Positions 37,786 to 51,123 of a stretch of DNA of 64,000 nt are shown here, one piece after another. The stretch spans positions 9,364,001 through 9,428,000 of the forward strand of contig OZ249436.1 in the NCBI GenBank assembly GCA_965235115.1, read 5' to 3'. The DNA comes from Laetmonice hystrix. Taxonomy: Eukaryota. Position 1 is the stretch's first letter. Every line of letters begins with the position of its first letter. Under the pieces are notes generated by a model, which saw only the letters and a list, made by a program, of their open reading frames with translations, was not told the origin of the DNA and searched no databases. Both the position numbers and the translations under genes were made by a program.

Positions 37786-38471
37786 TAAAGAACGGTGGTC
37801 TAGCTCGCCGTAACTGGCTTTTGGTACATTCTGACCGTGTACGTGTATCCATATATTTGCGGAGTGTTTGCATGTAAAACCAATGTTAACACGTAAAACT
37901 CTCCACCAGATTATATAGTTAGGGGTCTAAGTTAAACTGATCAATGATAATTGGTGATTCTATGCGTTTTCATGCTTTTTGATCTGTGACTCTTTTATGA
38001 GCAACTTCAAAAATACACCCACTGTCTGGGTACACACAATGGATGGTACTAAGTGTTCGCTCGTAGTCAGATTTGATTATACTTATAATGACTGTCTCAG
38101 GGACGCATTCAATTGGCAAGCCTAAACTGGAATTCACTGCGCCTCAAGGAAGTTGGCTGTGCCTAGATAAAGGTAACTTATATGGTTAACCCTATTATAA
38201 GCCTATAATTATAGTGAATGCCATGACTGATCTAAAAGTGACCTACATTTCTGTGCTGTACCTTACCCGTAGTTAACGTGGATACCCTCCAAGGCCAGCA
38301 GCCAATGTATCCGAATAGCTTTCCTAATGAAATACTGAGAACAGTGGCGCTCGACACACATGGATCAAAGCTCTACGTGGAACAGTACTTCGTGCTCCGA
38401 CAGCTTTCTGATGCTCTGTGACGCTCCATGAAGTTCCTGCCCTGTCACACTACATATAGGCCCTCACAATA

Positions 38472-39398
38472 CAGTGGAAACCCGCTTAGGCGGGCAGCCG
38501 TGGGTCTGGGCCTTTGGTGCCCGCATAGCGGGGTGGTCGTCTTACCGGGAATTAGGTCATTATGTCTTTGTGTTTTGAAAGCATCAGCCACTACATGCTA
38601 ATCGGCCCTGACTGTTATTAAATACATGTATACATGTACTTCGAGTGAGAAATTCGTGAAAGTAGCAAAATATATATTTTTGGAAAAGCGTGGATTTATT
38701 ATTACTGAATGGAACATTGTAGCACAACTGAACAGTACATGCACATCTAGTAAAACATGTTTTAAAATGTAATAGGACTATAGGTATCTACATCTTTAAA
38801 TACATCTTCTACATTCCCGGATAATCACAGATTTTCTGACTCAAAATGCTCTATCATGTAGTTTGTATGCATATGTGTACAAAGTTCGTCAATTTAAGAA
38901 CGTTTAAAGAAGCTGGCTAGAGTGGGTTGCACTGTACACTGGTGAGGGTCTCGGTCAGGAAGTTGTCCTGGGCGGTCATGAGGTGTGCAAGGGTCTGGCT
39001 GTATGTGGGTAAAAGCTGTTTGTTTAATCATGTAGGCCGCATTGTGGGTTGCATTGTTTCTCTCACCTAGGAAAACTGACGATATGTGTTTATGGAAGTG
39101 GTCTCACTTTGATTGACAGGTCGCATCTAGTCAGCACGAGGTGTGAACGGGCCAGGGTGGCGCTAGTACCAGCAGTATGAGGTGTGAGCGGCCAGAGTGG
39201 TCGCGAGACCGAGTTGAAAGAGGCCGGTTGGGACTGAAAACAGGCGCCCACAAGGCGGGTTGCCCGCATTGCGAGTGCCCGTATTGGCGGGTGTTTCACA
39301 AACATGAATATAGAAGGAAAAATTCGGGACTGGATCAAACTGCCCGTAATGACGGGTTGCCCGCTTCCCCGGGTTGGTCGTTAAGCGGGTTTCCACTG
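38472..39398 (-). mobile_element. Non-autonomous pogo/Tigger-type (Tc1/mariner superfamily) element
   Basis: Perfect 17-bp TIR CAGTGGAAACCCGCTTA flanked by TA at 38470-38471 and 39399-39400. Subterminal GCGGG/CCCG repeats. Minus-strand remnant VQPTLASFFKRS* near 38894-38932. Confidence 0.85.
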
Positions 39399-39988
39399 TA
39401 TTTAACGTTGGAAATTGCCAAGTGGATGTCTGAGCATTGATAAGGTAAGCAGGTACTCGGACAATTGGACAGTCCGACTTCTTCTGTTGCTTTTATTGCG
39501 GTGGTGCAAACCCTTTAAGGGTGACCGAAAAGATCATGGTCCATCAGTGCAGTACCCTACCACGGGAGCACCGCTCGCTAACTGTGATATACGGAGCTTG
39601 TGTGGGTTAGCAACCTCGCTGGTAATTGAAGGCGGCAAAAGAACAGGCCCAGAAAATTGCATTGTCATGCGTACTTATCTAGGGACGGAGGTCTCTAAAT
39701 GTTGTCTGTGCGATCCCAAGCTCTACTGTTTGAAATCCTTTGCCAGTGAGAAAGCAAAGTACGGGTTACAGTTGTACAGATGTGTCACATAATATTCCGT
39801 TCACTGAGTTTTCACGGCATTTCCATTGGAAATTTTAAAACAATGCAGAAATACTGGGAACTGGAGTGCCATTACATTATTATAAAAATAAATTCGTGTG
39901 GGTGTAATGAATGTCCGACCGTAGTTTTTACGGTCCAATATTGTGATATAAAAAGTGTTATATCGCAAATAATAGTTTTCTGTAATGT

Positions 39989-40452
39989 TATACCTTTGTG
40001 ATAGTATTGAAATGATACAGAAGCGAGCTTTTAGAGTAATATATCCTGGGACCACGTACCACCAGGTACTCATTGATGTAAACCTACCAATGTTGTTGAA
40101 CAGACGGAAAGATCTATGTAAGAAGTATTTTAACGAAATGACGAAGCCATCACATAAACTAAACCATCTGGTACCAGAAGTAAGATCCATACCATATTCT
40201 TTGCGAGAATCTAATATTTACCCACTAATTAAGGCAAGAACAAATAGATTTAATAATTCCCTTATTCCGTGGGCTTTACGCAATTACCAATGTGAACAAT
40301 AACCGTTTTTGAATGTATATAATTCTTTTTTTTTTTTTTTTTTTTTTTTCTTATGTATTATGTACTGTGTATTAAGTATTATGTACACATATGTATGTTA
40401 TCTTAATCCAACCTTACGGTTGCAAATAAAAACTTATCTTATCTTATCTTAT
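39989..40452 (+). mobile_element. 5'-truncated LINE (CR1/L2/Rex-Babar group): ORF2 C-terminus, 3' UTR and (TCTTA)n tail
   Basis: Open frame IEMIQKRAFRVIYPG...L..RR..LC...F.....HKLNHLVP...YSLR...RTNRFNNSLIPWAL* (stop at 40302), then TTAATCCAACCTTACGGTTGC, AATAAA and (CTTAT)n. Confidence 0.85.
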
Positions 40453-43400
40453 GTTTATGGTCCAACACCATAACACAACATGATTATACCGTACATCATG
40501 CAGTACTTTATGCGTGAACGTAATTTATGGTCCAGGGCCGTAAAATATCAGTCGTAGTATATCGTAAATCATAAAGTAATCCATACCGATATAATACACG
40601 TGTAAGCCATGAACAAATGTCTGAACATAAGTGATTACCAACTATAAACACACACATATTAGGCCGACTCAAGTTCTTTAATTTATTTTATTTGGAACAC
40701 AATATTTCTGAAATTGTATACAATATTTCTGAAATTGTATACTTACAAACATCGGCCATTCTAATTCTTTTCGAGATAACCAAAATAGGTATGGCCCTTG
40801 ATCAAATATAATACAACAGTGAACTGCCAATGTAAAACATCTTTAAACAAAACTTGTTTCTGGCAGTGACGGTTTACACCGGGAGCCTGGGATACGAAGT
40901 TTCTGCATCAGTTGCTTAATTCAGCCGTGAAGATTGTGATGTTAACCATACTTCGGCCTGGAGATGAAATATTATATTCTCCCAACACCAAATTAAACAT
41001 AGATCAACTAAAAGGAGGCCAAACCACGTGATTTGGAAAAGCAACCTTAATTGTTCATACGCTTCAAAACTATAGATCGTATATCTTCAGCTCCCGGCCA
41101 CCAAGAATCAGGGAGCGGCTTGTGTCCAAACTGAGAGTATATCATAGTCTGTAGGCACAGGGCATATACAGAACCCGATACATTCGTGATGCCGATTAAT
41201 ATAGGCAACATCTAACGACAAACTTGGCCCTTGTGAAAACGACGGCGGGAGGAGGCGGTGTTTGTGGGTGAGGTGCGGCGTGCATGCAGTCAGCTCTTCT
41301 ACATGACACAAGTCGCTGTCCCACTGAAGCCACAATGGCGAGGGAGTGCACGCAGCGCCGCCGACTGGGACCCGAGCACGCCTATACATGTTAACATCAA
41401 CAACTATGATGTAGACCCTCTGTGCGTATTCCAGCGCGGCAAAATTATTACACTCATAAAATACCGGGTGACGCCATCGAAAAGCAGCTATCCAGGCCCG
41501 TTTCAGCAGGGGGGAATGAGTGACCCCCTCGATAACAACTCGAGGTGTATCGTACACATCTTCCAGCTCAACACCGGGTTATCTGGCGTGGCCAACTGAA
41601 GAAGAGCGTATTGGTAGTTCAGGACCTAGACGCACCTATCATTTAGATATATGCCGTGCTCTCTGCTTGCTGCATGCGTAAGCCTGTGTCACGAGCGTGT
41701 GCAGACCAGTTGGAAATCCTATGTCAAGATAACGTCCCAAGATGAAGCACTGGCTGTGAGCATGTAGATAGCCTGCGTGTTCAATCGATTCCTGAGGATG
41801 CCTTCGTGACAAAACTCGGCCTGTTGGCACCACCTGCGTATCAGCTATATAAGCCGCGACACGTGTATTGATATTCCAATTTGTGGTGCAGATTCGCATA
41901 AAATGGCCGCCTACTCGGCGGCGGCTTAAACTCACTGGAAAGGTGTTCGTGGTGTCGACATGGGCGCCTCGCGCGCGACCGGCATGCAAACCACCACGAA
42001 AAATTGGGACGGTAAGCCGTTATGCTATTATTCCGACCTCGCTGGAATACGCCAGGAGATTTCTAGTCGTGTCATGCCTTTATAGTATCCATTCATCAGA
42101 TTCCGGCTGCCTGTACGGCATGGGAGATGGAGGTAGAAGTCTCCGCCGGGGCGCTAGGCCGCTCCGGGTGGAGGACGCACCTGTCCACTCCACCACCTCA
42201 TACACCAATTCCCTATGTATAGTTATTATATTCTCCTGATAAACGCATTTATAATGGATGTAAAAGGTTATTCTACTGGTTGACAAAATGGAAGAAATAT
42301 GGGAACAATTTAAAACACACACAGTTCTTGGAACTACAAACTTATAGGAAACCGGAAGTGACGAATTTGACACGTCGTATACCGAATTAAGCTGCCTCTA
42401 TCAGGCCGACATAAAACTGCAGCCACATGTTCGTAGAAATGAGTTGCAGCAACACCGGCTAATATTTTGGAGTTATTTTTAGGAAGATGGCCGTATTTAT
42501 GCAGAATGTCACTGAGACCTACGAAAGAGAGACGTTTCAAAACTCTTGGCCTTTATGTAAATGACCTATATAATCTATAGAGTTTAAAAAAACAGTGCAG
42601 TGAGTTTTAACGAAAGACAAATAAAACCGATTTTCAGTGCTTGGAAAAAGCGTCTTTATTGCACCTATCAGTCTGGTATTTCAAGGTGTAAATAGTATTG
42701 TGTGGCGGTGTTTTCTAATATTGTGAGCTACACAAATAACGAGCTATAGCTACAATAGAATTGTCATAAATTCTACAATGTCTTATCTTACACCTAAACA
42801 CACGAAAGAGCTTTCAAATCTTTTTGAAAAACCGGTATAACTTCTTGGCCAGCGCTTATTTCTCGGTCTCTTCCTACTTCCTAAAAATCTTTTTAAACAT
42901 TTTCGGAGTTCTATATAATTGCGACCACAGATAACATATCCTTGGGGTAAAGCTTCAGACCTCTCCGACTCCGACAAATTCGCTGGCTGCAGCTAGTGTG
43001 TCACCTCCGACAAGGCCACTGCGAGCCCGGGAAGCCACCATACAATCCCCTCCACGACGTAGTGGAAGCACGTTTTGAGAGGGAGTCAAAACGTGCACAG
43101 AATGGGGGTGCGACTGGTAATGTATCAACGAACGTTTTGCTATCCGTAGACGAGAAGTGTAATTTCTGTGATGACGAAACGGGCCCAATCAGCAATTCCG
43201 GGAAGTTGTTGTCGTTTTGTTATTACGGTCGGTAAAACTATCGTCTTCCTTTATCTCTGCGACATGCACATCACTTATTGATTTAAAAAATTATTATTAT
43301 TGTTGAAAAGTGCAACCTAAAGGTACTAGGAAAGGTAGTGGAGCATACAGACTTTCATGTTGGTATGGGGAGTTTACATGTAGATGAATGAAGTCCGATT

Positions 43401-45584
43401 CCACGATATGAACCGTTTTAGATGAAGACCTATTGGTTCACACACAGATAATGCTGCCTCCTCTGTGCGTATTGTCCTTCGGAACAAATAAAATGTTTTC
43501 TTTGATCGCGATGTGGTAAACTGAAATTGACGGAGTGATTCCTAGTTCTTACGGCAGCAGTACCAGTTGGCTATAACCTAATCCATCGCCATCGTCCCCA
43601 TAATTATGAAAAATGAACGGGCGTTTTGCTACCGAGAATGAAAATGATGATCGAGTGGCGAAATTACGCCATATAGTAAGAAAAATGGCTGTGGTAAGTT
43701 AAAGTGGCGTCATACGTACTATAGGATGTCTGAGTTCTACGGCAGCTTAGCTTTGCGACTGCTTGACATATGAAGCTTTGTCGTAAATTTCGCCACTATA
43801 AACCATAACACCCCGGACGTGGTGACTGAGACGTCTGAGCCGTCACCATCATCAACCGGCCCTTAGCTGAGATTATCCGTGTCACTGCTAACGGATTGCT
43901 AATACCCGCAATCCTTCCTCCGACAAAGGTTTATTTGCCCACATTAACAAGGCTAAGTCAGTCATACCTAATTAAGATCAACTGTGGAATAGCTCATTAT
44001 CAGTTCGTTACAGGTCCTAATTCAAGTAACGCATCGAGCAGCATTCGGAATGGCTCTGTTTCTAGGAGATTGCGTTTGGGTTCATTTCGATAAATGGAAT
44101 ACAAATACAATATTCTTCTCGAATATTGCTGGCCCGAGTAATGTCGGGCTGCTTTACGGGTTGGAATCACGGCCTTCATTTGCGTTCATCTTCTGTCAAT
44201 TAGTCCTCGAGTAATTTTCAACGTACTGGATGTATGAAATGGATTATTCTAAATAAGAAAAATATATCGTGCCCTCAACCTGAATACAATGGTAGATGGG
44301 ATATAAGACTGACAGACTCAGTCAGCAGTAATTACAGAAGTCTGTGGTCAGTCGCTGTACTGGTCGCCTTGGAGGTGACCATGTCGGTGGCGCCATCTGC
44401 CCCTAACTAAGCAGTACCCAACGTTTTAACGTACCGTATTTACACTGTACTCTATATTATACATGTTTAATTACGCTAAACTATAAGGATAATTGCACGG
44501 ACACCAGTTCCCAGCATAAAGTCAGATTCGAAACGGTTCATCCGATTTTACACAGTGTAACAGATCGTTTTGAGTATGCGTGTATTTTTTTTTCAAGAAA
44601 TCTCCAGCAACATCTTCTTTTCTTATTTCGCCTCACTTCCTTATCGATGCGTGTATTCTCGTCATGTGTCACACGGTGGCCTTCGAGTTGTGCGTCTCTT
44701 GACACGGCCGTTCATTTCGTACACAAATCTGTCGGCTTGGAAGGCCAGAGGTAGCACCGGAGATTATATTCAAATGAGAATATGGCCCAAAAGAGGATCG
44801 ACATGGCCGTGCGCTGGGAACAGCGGGGGCCGAGCGCAGCGCATAGGGGGGCATAGTCAGAAGGCCGATACTGGCTACGACTGTCCCTGATGAGGAGTCT
44901 CTATTTCTGAGACCCTTTTTCTGCATCCTGCCTAGTCCCTTGTTGCAAAGGATGCAATTGATGATCATATTTTCACTCTGCTATGGTTTCATTAAAGTGC
45001 GTCTATAGATATCTGAAGATAATGGGACTCTTTTTACGGAGGGGGCGTAGGCGACAGCTGCATGGGAAGGTTGACATGATATCGAGAGAATATGAAACAC
45101 TTAAATTATGCATAAGGCGGGCTCTATATCAGTAACATTATACCAAATAATGCACGCCTGTTAGGGGTTAACGTACACCAATAGGCCTATAATAGTCATG
45201 CCGTCTTTCCTACGAGTAGTAATGTCGGAAAGTCGGGGGAGCAGACTGTATACGTTTTGCACCCCCCCCCCCCCCCCCATACCCCCATGATGTCTCATGT
45301 CTCATTAAACCTAGAGAGGGGTGAGTTCTGTCTAGTTTACCGCGGCCACGCACACAACCTAAAATGCTCTTGGAACAGGGCCTAGTTGCCCCCCTCCCCG
45401 GCCGCCCCACCAAAAATATTCTTCCAACATCACTGACAAGCCTTTATTTACCCGTATACTGGGAGTCACGTATAAGATGCCGTAAGTCTCTTCAATAAAC
45501 GTCTGTGCTTTCCGCCTGTATTATTCCTGTATCCACATTGAAATACAACCTTTTCGTGTGAGGTATTCATGTTCGCCTGATCTG

Positions 45585-46525
45585 GGCGGGGTTCACACTG
45601 CTCGTCCGGAACAAAATCGTCCGGCACATCTGATATGATCTTACGGCTCCCCGCGTTCATATTGAGCGAACCTAAAGCCCGCCGCACATTGTCACGATTT
45701 TGTCCGACCCAAGCCGACTCAACTGGAGCCGACTCACGACTGCCCTCTCACACCTTCCCGACCAACCCTCGCACACTGTCATGACTTGTGCCGTACAACA
45801 GGCGACGATTCACGCCACTATAGGTCATGCGAACCTAGCGGGTATTTCGGGAATCAACGTCATGACGCGTCACATGATCCTGTGGTGTGCTGTGATTGGT
45901 TGCGACTGCCGACTGCAGTTGGCTCGAGTCATTAGCCCTCGCACACTGTCACGACTTCAGCCAACTGCAGCCGACGAGTACAGCTCCCGATTAACATTTT
46001 GAATCGGCCGCGATTTGGTGGGTTTACGACTGGTTCACGACGGGTAGTTGGGTGGAGTTGGCTATTCATGTCCGACAATGTGCGGCGGGCTTTACCCGCA
46101 CTAAAGTCCATATCCACCAGAGCGTGTCGAAAAGTGAATCACCCCAGAACAGCCACTAGGTGGCGTCGCAGACGGTCAAGCTGCCGTTTTAACAAAAAAT
46201 GGGCCAAGGCAACTTACCAGTAGACCTTATCAAGTAGTGAGACCTGGCCAAAGGTTTGGTACCGAAAAAGTGTGGACAGATTTCCAGGGCGGCATCAATG
46301 CACCAGCGCCCCCTGGTGCACTATGGTGCACTATGTCGGCAAGCGAGCGTTCAGATTGAAGTTACCCGACGTAAGTAGTCTACCGACATAGTTATGCCCC
46401 CAATTTACCCGATGTAACTCGGGGGCTACGCGCCGTAAGTTATGTCGGATGATTGCGTTCATATACAGGTGACCACCCGAAACAGCGGGTAGGCGTCGGA
46501 ACAAGCCTCCAATGTGAACGCGGCC
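45585..46525. mobile_element. PIF/Harbinger-type MITE with CTG TSD (outer element)
   Basis: TIRs GGCGGGGTTCACACTG and CAATGTGAACGCGGCC (13/16 match). Direct repeat CTG at 45582-45584 and 46526-46528. Confidence 0.65.
45675..46092. mobile_element. Nested MITE (Harbinger-like termini) inside the outer element
   Basis: Perfect 21-bp inverted repeat TAAAGCCCGCCGCACATTGTC at 45673-45693 and 46074-46094, including the flanking TA (or TAA/TTA). Internal inverted repeat CTGCAGTTGGCT/AGCCAACTGCAG. Confidence 0.8.
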
Positions 46526-49430
46526 CTGGTCTCCACATAACGCTGTCGATGCTTGGCCTACAACATGATCCGCGTGCTTTAATACATAGTCAACAACGTT
46601 TATTTGGAGACATGCAATTGCAGTTACACCCTGCTTGCGGGCGCACCGGATTCCAACCTGAGCAAGGAAAATGTCCTGTTGCCTGACTACAAACCTTTAG
46701 CCTGGAACCCCGTGTCGCGTGAAATAGTCGGCGCGGATTTAGGGGGTATTTAGATTTGACCTGGCTCGCCATCCAGAGGTATCAAAATGAAAGTGTTGTC
46801 AAAGCCTCGCTGTCGTTTGTACAAAAGATTGCACGTTTCGTTAGTGCTTGCCGACCTCGCTGGCCGAGGACGTACTTGGATGAAGGCCCGACCGTAGGTC
46901 GAGCATTGATCGATCACACCCAGTGTGCGCATGCGCGTAGATAATTGGCGTCGTAAGCCGGCAGATGGGGCCATGGATGGGGCCATGGATGGGGCCATGG
47001 ATGGCCCTCGCCCACTGCTTATCACTGGCCCATGGAAGGTTGGAGAATATCGGCACCATTATCTGGACGGTCGCTGCCTACGCTAAGCTTCACATCTATA
47101 TCACCACTACGACAATGACGTACCCGTATGACTCTTACAACCAGACGAACCGACCATGTCCTATTATAGCTCTGCACACATTATACACCTTCCCCTGTGA
47201 AGATTGTTTTTAAATTGGTAACTAAGGGAGACTCGCTAGAGGTTGGCTATACTAGTCAGGTAAGATATTGACAATGTATGCCTATAGTTGATTGTTGCAA
47301 TGGTAAAATGGACTCGTGTTCCAGTTGGTAGATTTGAATTATAACAGGTAACAGGTAGTCACCTCCGAAACTAAATGGATTTTTGTCTCGCTCAAAGGTG
47401 TAGGTAAATATGCTCCATTTCTGATAATTATATTCGCAACATTCCAAGCTACAATATGAAACTTTCCGAGGAATTACATTCCAATAATTGTTTTTTATAT
47501 TTTTTTTACACAAAAAACTTTATTATTAGCAAAATACGGATTCCCTATAGATTTTTTAGAATGATAGTTTACCGGTTTTTTCTTTTAACCATGTGTGGCT
47601 AGACAATCTAATCTTTGTTTCCCAAAGCTCTGGTAAGAAGTGCCCGGATACTGTTTGTCCCAGCAGTAGGACTACCATAGTGGGGGCCTATTGTCAGAGA
47701 GCCTCACCATCCCTCGTGGCTTCTGAAGTCAACACATTAAATTCTACTTTTCAGTGATAATAAAAATGTTGGGCATGCATCGACCTTCAATCCCGGCCCA
47801 GGAAGATCCTAAAACAGTTCCATGCATGCAGGACGACCCCAGGATGACCCCGCCATCACCTCCCCTGGTCAAGGCGCCCTTGTTTGTCCATACAATATTG
47901 AAACAACTTTTCACAATACACCTACTTTATGTAGTATTCATTCTAAAATAATGAACATACTTGTTTAAAATGGACCAACTTCCGTCTTCATTAAACATAT
48001 AACATTTTGAGGATAACTTTAAAAGAATACTCCACTTCACAAGTTGGGAGTAATTCCGTGGAGCCTATATTATTAAAGAAAGTTTGCAACACCTCGTGCT
48101 AATGCCATGAACTAACCTATGTTAGGCCCTTTAATACAGGCCTCTCAAGTCGCATGTTACCATTAAAAAGACTCACCCCCGATTCATGATCAGTTTGAAA
48201 AGGAAAGAAAAGTGGATTGTACACGGAAGATTCCGGTATTTACTAAGGTTGAAGCTTGGTGAACGGGTGTGAAATTTCAAGCCAGCGACCTCCTTCTGGA
48301 TGGGCAAATATCGATCGTGTTTGCGGGAGAATCACCCTGGCATTGCTCATCTAGATAATGCAATGGGCCTGGTCGACCCTCTCAGCCACGATAGCGCCGT
48401 CGCTAGGATTTATACAACATCGCCTCCAAGGCATTTCCAGGTCGCCTGCCAGTCCTTAATAATGTCATCCATGTTGGTGACCAGCGCTGCTGATAACTAC
48501 GTTCGGATTCCCTTTCGTATATAAGTGTATCGATGTAGAAGGATGTATTCATTCATACGTCATGGGATATAGGTTAAGGTGTTGTACACGCAGAGGTGGT
48601 GTGCATATTTAGCCTGAAAATGTTGTAATCTTGGGAGCCTTGGTGTGGTTTGGATGCCCCCTGATACGCTATAAGCGCCGCCTGATACGGTATAAGCGCC
48701 CCCTGATACGGTATAAGCGCCATCTGATACGGTATAAGCGCCGTGCTTGGGATGGTATTGTTATGGCTTCAGGTGTGACCAAGGCCATGGATGTGATAAA
48801 TGAGCGCCGACAGCCGCTCGCCGGGGTATAATGCGGTTCGCCTCGTGACCAGAGGCTCCGTGGCCGCTGAAGACAGGGGTGGGGGCTATCACGGCCGCTA
48901 TATACACCCAGCGAGTACACCGGGACAACGGCCACTCGCCGGGCTCCAGAAAACCGAGCAATATCGTTGATCAGCTAAGAAACGAGTCCCACGTGGCCCG
49001 TGATGGATGCTCCGTAATCTGACATGTTTTGGCCGGGCTCTTCTGCGTCGAAGGAGGAAAAGGTGGCTCGGCTGCAGAGGCCTGTTTAGAGACCCCGTCC
49101 ACGCACGGTCCATCGGCGGCTATTAGCAAAGCCGCGCTTCATACACTTGGCTCGAACCGAGGTCCCCCCGAAAGACCGTCCGCCAAAGGTAGATACGTGA
49201 AATATTATTGTCTCGTCGCCCGTCGGATAAAGTAGCTAGCGATGGGATGTTAGACTCAGCCGTTTGGACAGAAATAACTGGGGACAATATTCAAACCAAG
49301 GAATTTTATGAAAGAAATGTGATCTCGTTTATTTGTCTTTCGGATTTTCCAAGTCTTGCGCTGCTTGCTATTGAATTGAACGCATTCATTCGGGTCATAT
49401 ATTTTCAAACAATAATATTTTCACACAGGT

Positions 49431-49720
49431 TCAAAGGTTATTAAGGTTCAAATCAAAATACTCCCTCTCCGTTATTAAATCTGCACTTTTAATTTTGGTA
49501 GGCACTAAAGCAACTCCATACTGGCTGGTACAGGTGGAACCTTGTTGTACAGGCGGAATTACTGAAGAAGCAGCTAGGTTAGACAACACCTTAGATGCCA
49601 TCGAATACAAAGGAGCAACTTTCTGGCGGTGGTCAAGCGTCGTGCAGGTCGCCACGTGTCTCCTGAGCCCGACATACTCGCTCCGTTTAGGGGAACTCTC
49701 ACAAAGACAATTTGATGGCG
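49431..49720 (-). mobile_element. Decayed hAT transposase C-terminal (dimerisation domain) relic
   Basis: PLYSMASKVLSNLAASSVIPPVQQ...GVALVPTK...EREYF resembles PxLxxMAxKVLSIPASSAPVERxFSxAG... Confidence 0.45.
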
Positions 49721-49925
49721 TCCCGCGCAACACGCAGCTCTGCTTGGTGGGCCGTACCGGTCGGGGGGGGGGGGGTCGACCAATCCAGGAGGCGCCTATG
49801 GCCGCCGGGAATTCTAGCTCTAACAATAACAACAGAAGAAGAGTCGTATTAACAAACCAGCGCGGGTGTAACAAAGAGGCCGTATCGGCGGCGAGGAGAC
49901 ACGATATTTTATTTTTCCATTAAAA

Positions 49926-50430
49926 TCATGTGTGTGATACATACTTTCCATTGACATCATGTGTGTGATACATACTTTCCATTGACACCATGTGCGTGAT
50001 ACATACTTTCCATTGACATCATGTGTGTGATACATACTTTTCATTGACATCATGTGTGTGATACATACTTTCCATTGACACCATGTGTGTGATACATACT
50101 TTCCATTGACATGTGTGTGATACATACTTTCCATGGACATCATGTGTGTGATACATACTTTCCATAGACATCATGTGTGTGATACATACTTTCCATTGAC
50201 ATCATGTGTGTGATACATACTTTTCATTGACATCATGTGTGTGATACATACTTTCCATTGACACCATGTGTGTGATACATACTTTCCATTGACATGTGTG
50301 TGATACATACTTTCCATGGACATCATGTGTGTGATACATACTTTCCATAGACATCATGTGTGTGATACATACTTTCCATTGACATCATGTGTGTGATACA
50401 TACTTTCCATTGACATCATGTCTGTGATAC
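49926..50430. repeat. Minisatellite, 31-bp unit with a 183-bp higher-order duplication
   Basis: CATCATGTGTGTGATACATACTTTCCATTGA x~16. Confidence 0.95.
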
Positions 50431-51123
50431 TTTAAGCAGCAGCCCGCCAGATTGATTTGCAACTCGCTTGACGGTAATTGAAGCGCGAGCTGCTTTTGAT
50501 ATGCATGGTATCAATTTCAATTTCTCATTGTGTGTAATCTGAATTTCTTAAAGGACGTAGTGTGGTTGCAACGGTTAATCCATAGATGGTTGAAGTCCTC
50601 ATCAAGAAATATATTATTAAAAGGGAAGGTTTGTTAAATTTCTCATTCTATGTTGATATGATTTCACTAATCATGATTCTGTAAGACACACCTTCTACAT
50701 ATTGACTTGCCATCATAGTAACCCTTTTTTAGTTACGTTTTATTTTCATCACTCTTTTTTTATCGTGCTAGAATTTTTTCTCAATAAACTAAAGTTTTCA
50801 AGAATATATTTTTGATCATGTAAATCCGCTTTTTAACAAATGTACATTGATAAACGTTGGCCAAACCAAGGCTGCGTTCGACATGCACGGTCTATACTGA
50901 CAGTTGTAAGTAGTACGTGGAAATGTCCCATGGCTGCACGGAACGTTGTAACAATTTCTCACAAACATTGTCTGGGATAACACCTGCCAATATAAATCGT
51001 AAAGAACAAGTCAGCTCAGTTTAAACGGTGTCAAATATGTTGCAGTGTCACTGAGAAGGAAGAGGTTATTGGTGTTTTTCTTATGTTTAGAAGGAAGAGC
51101 TAGGTTATTGATGATTTTCTGAC

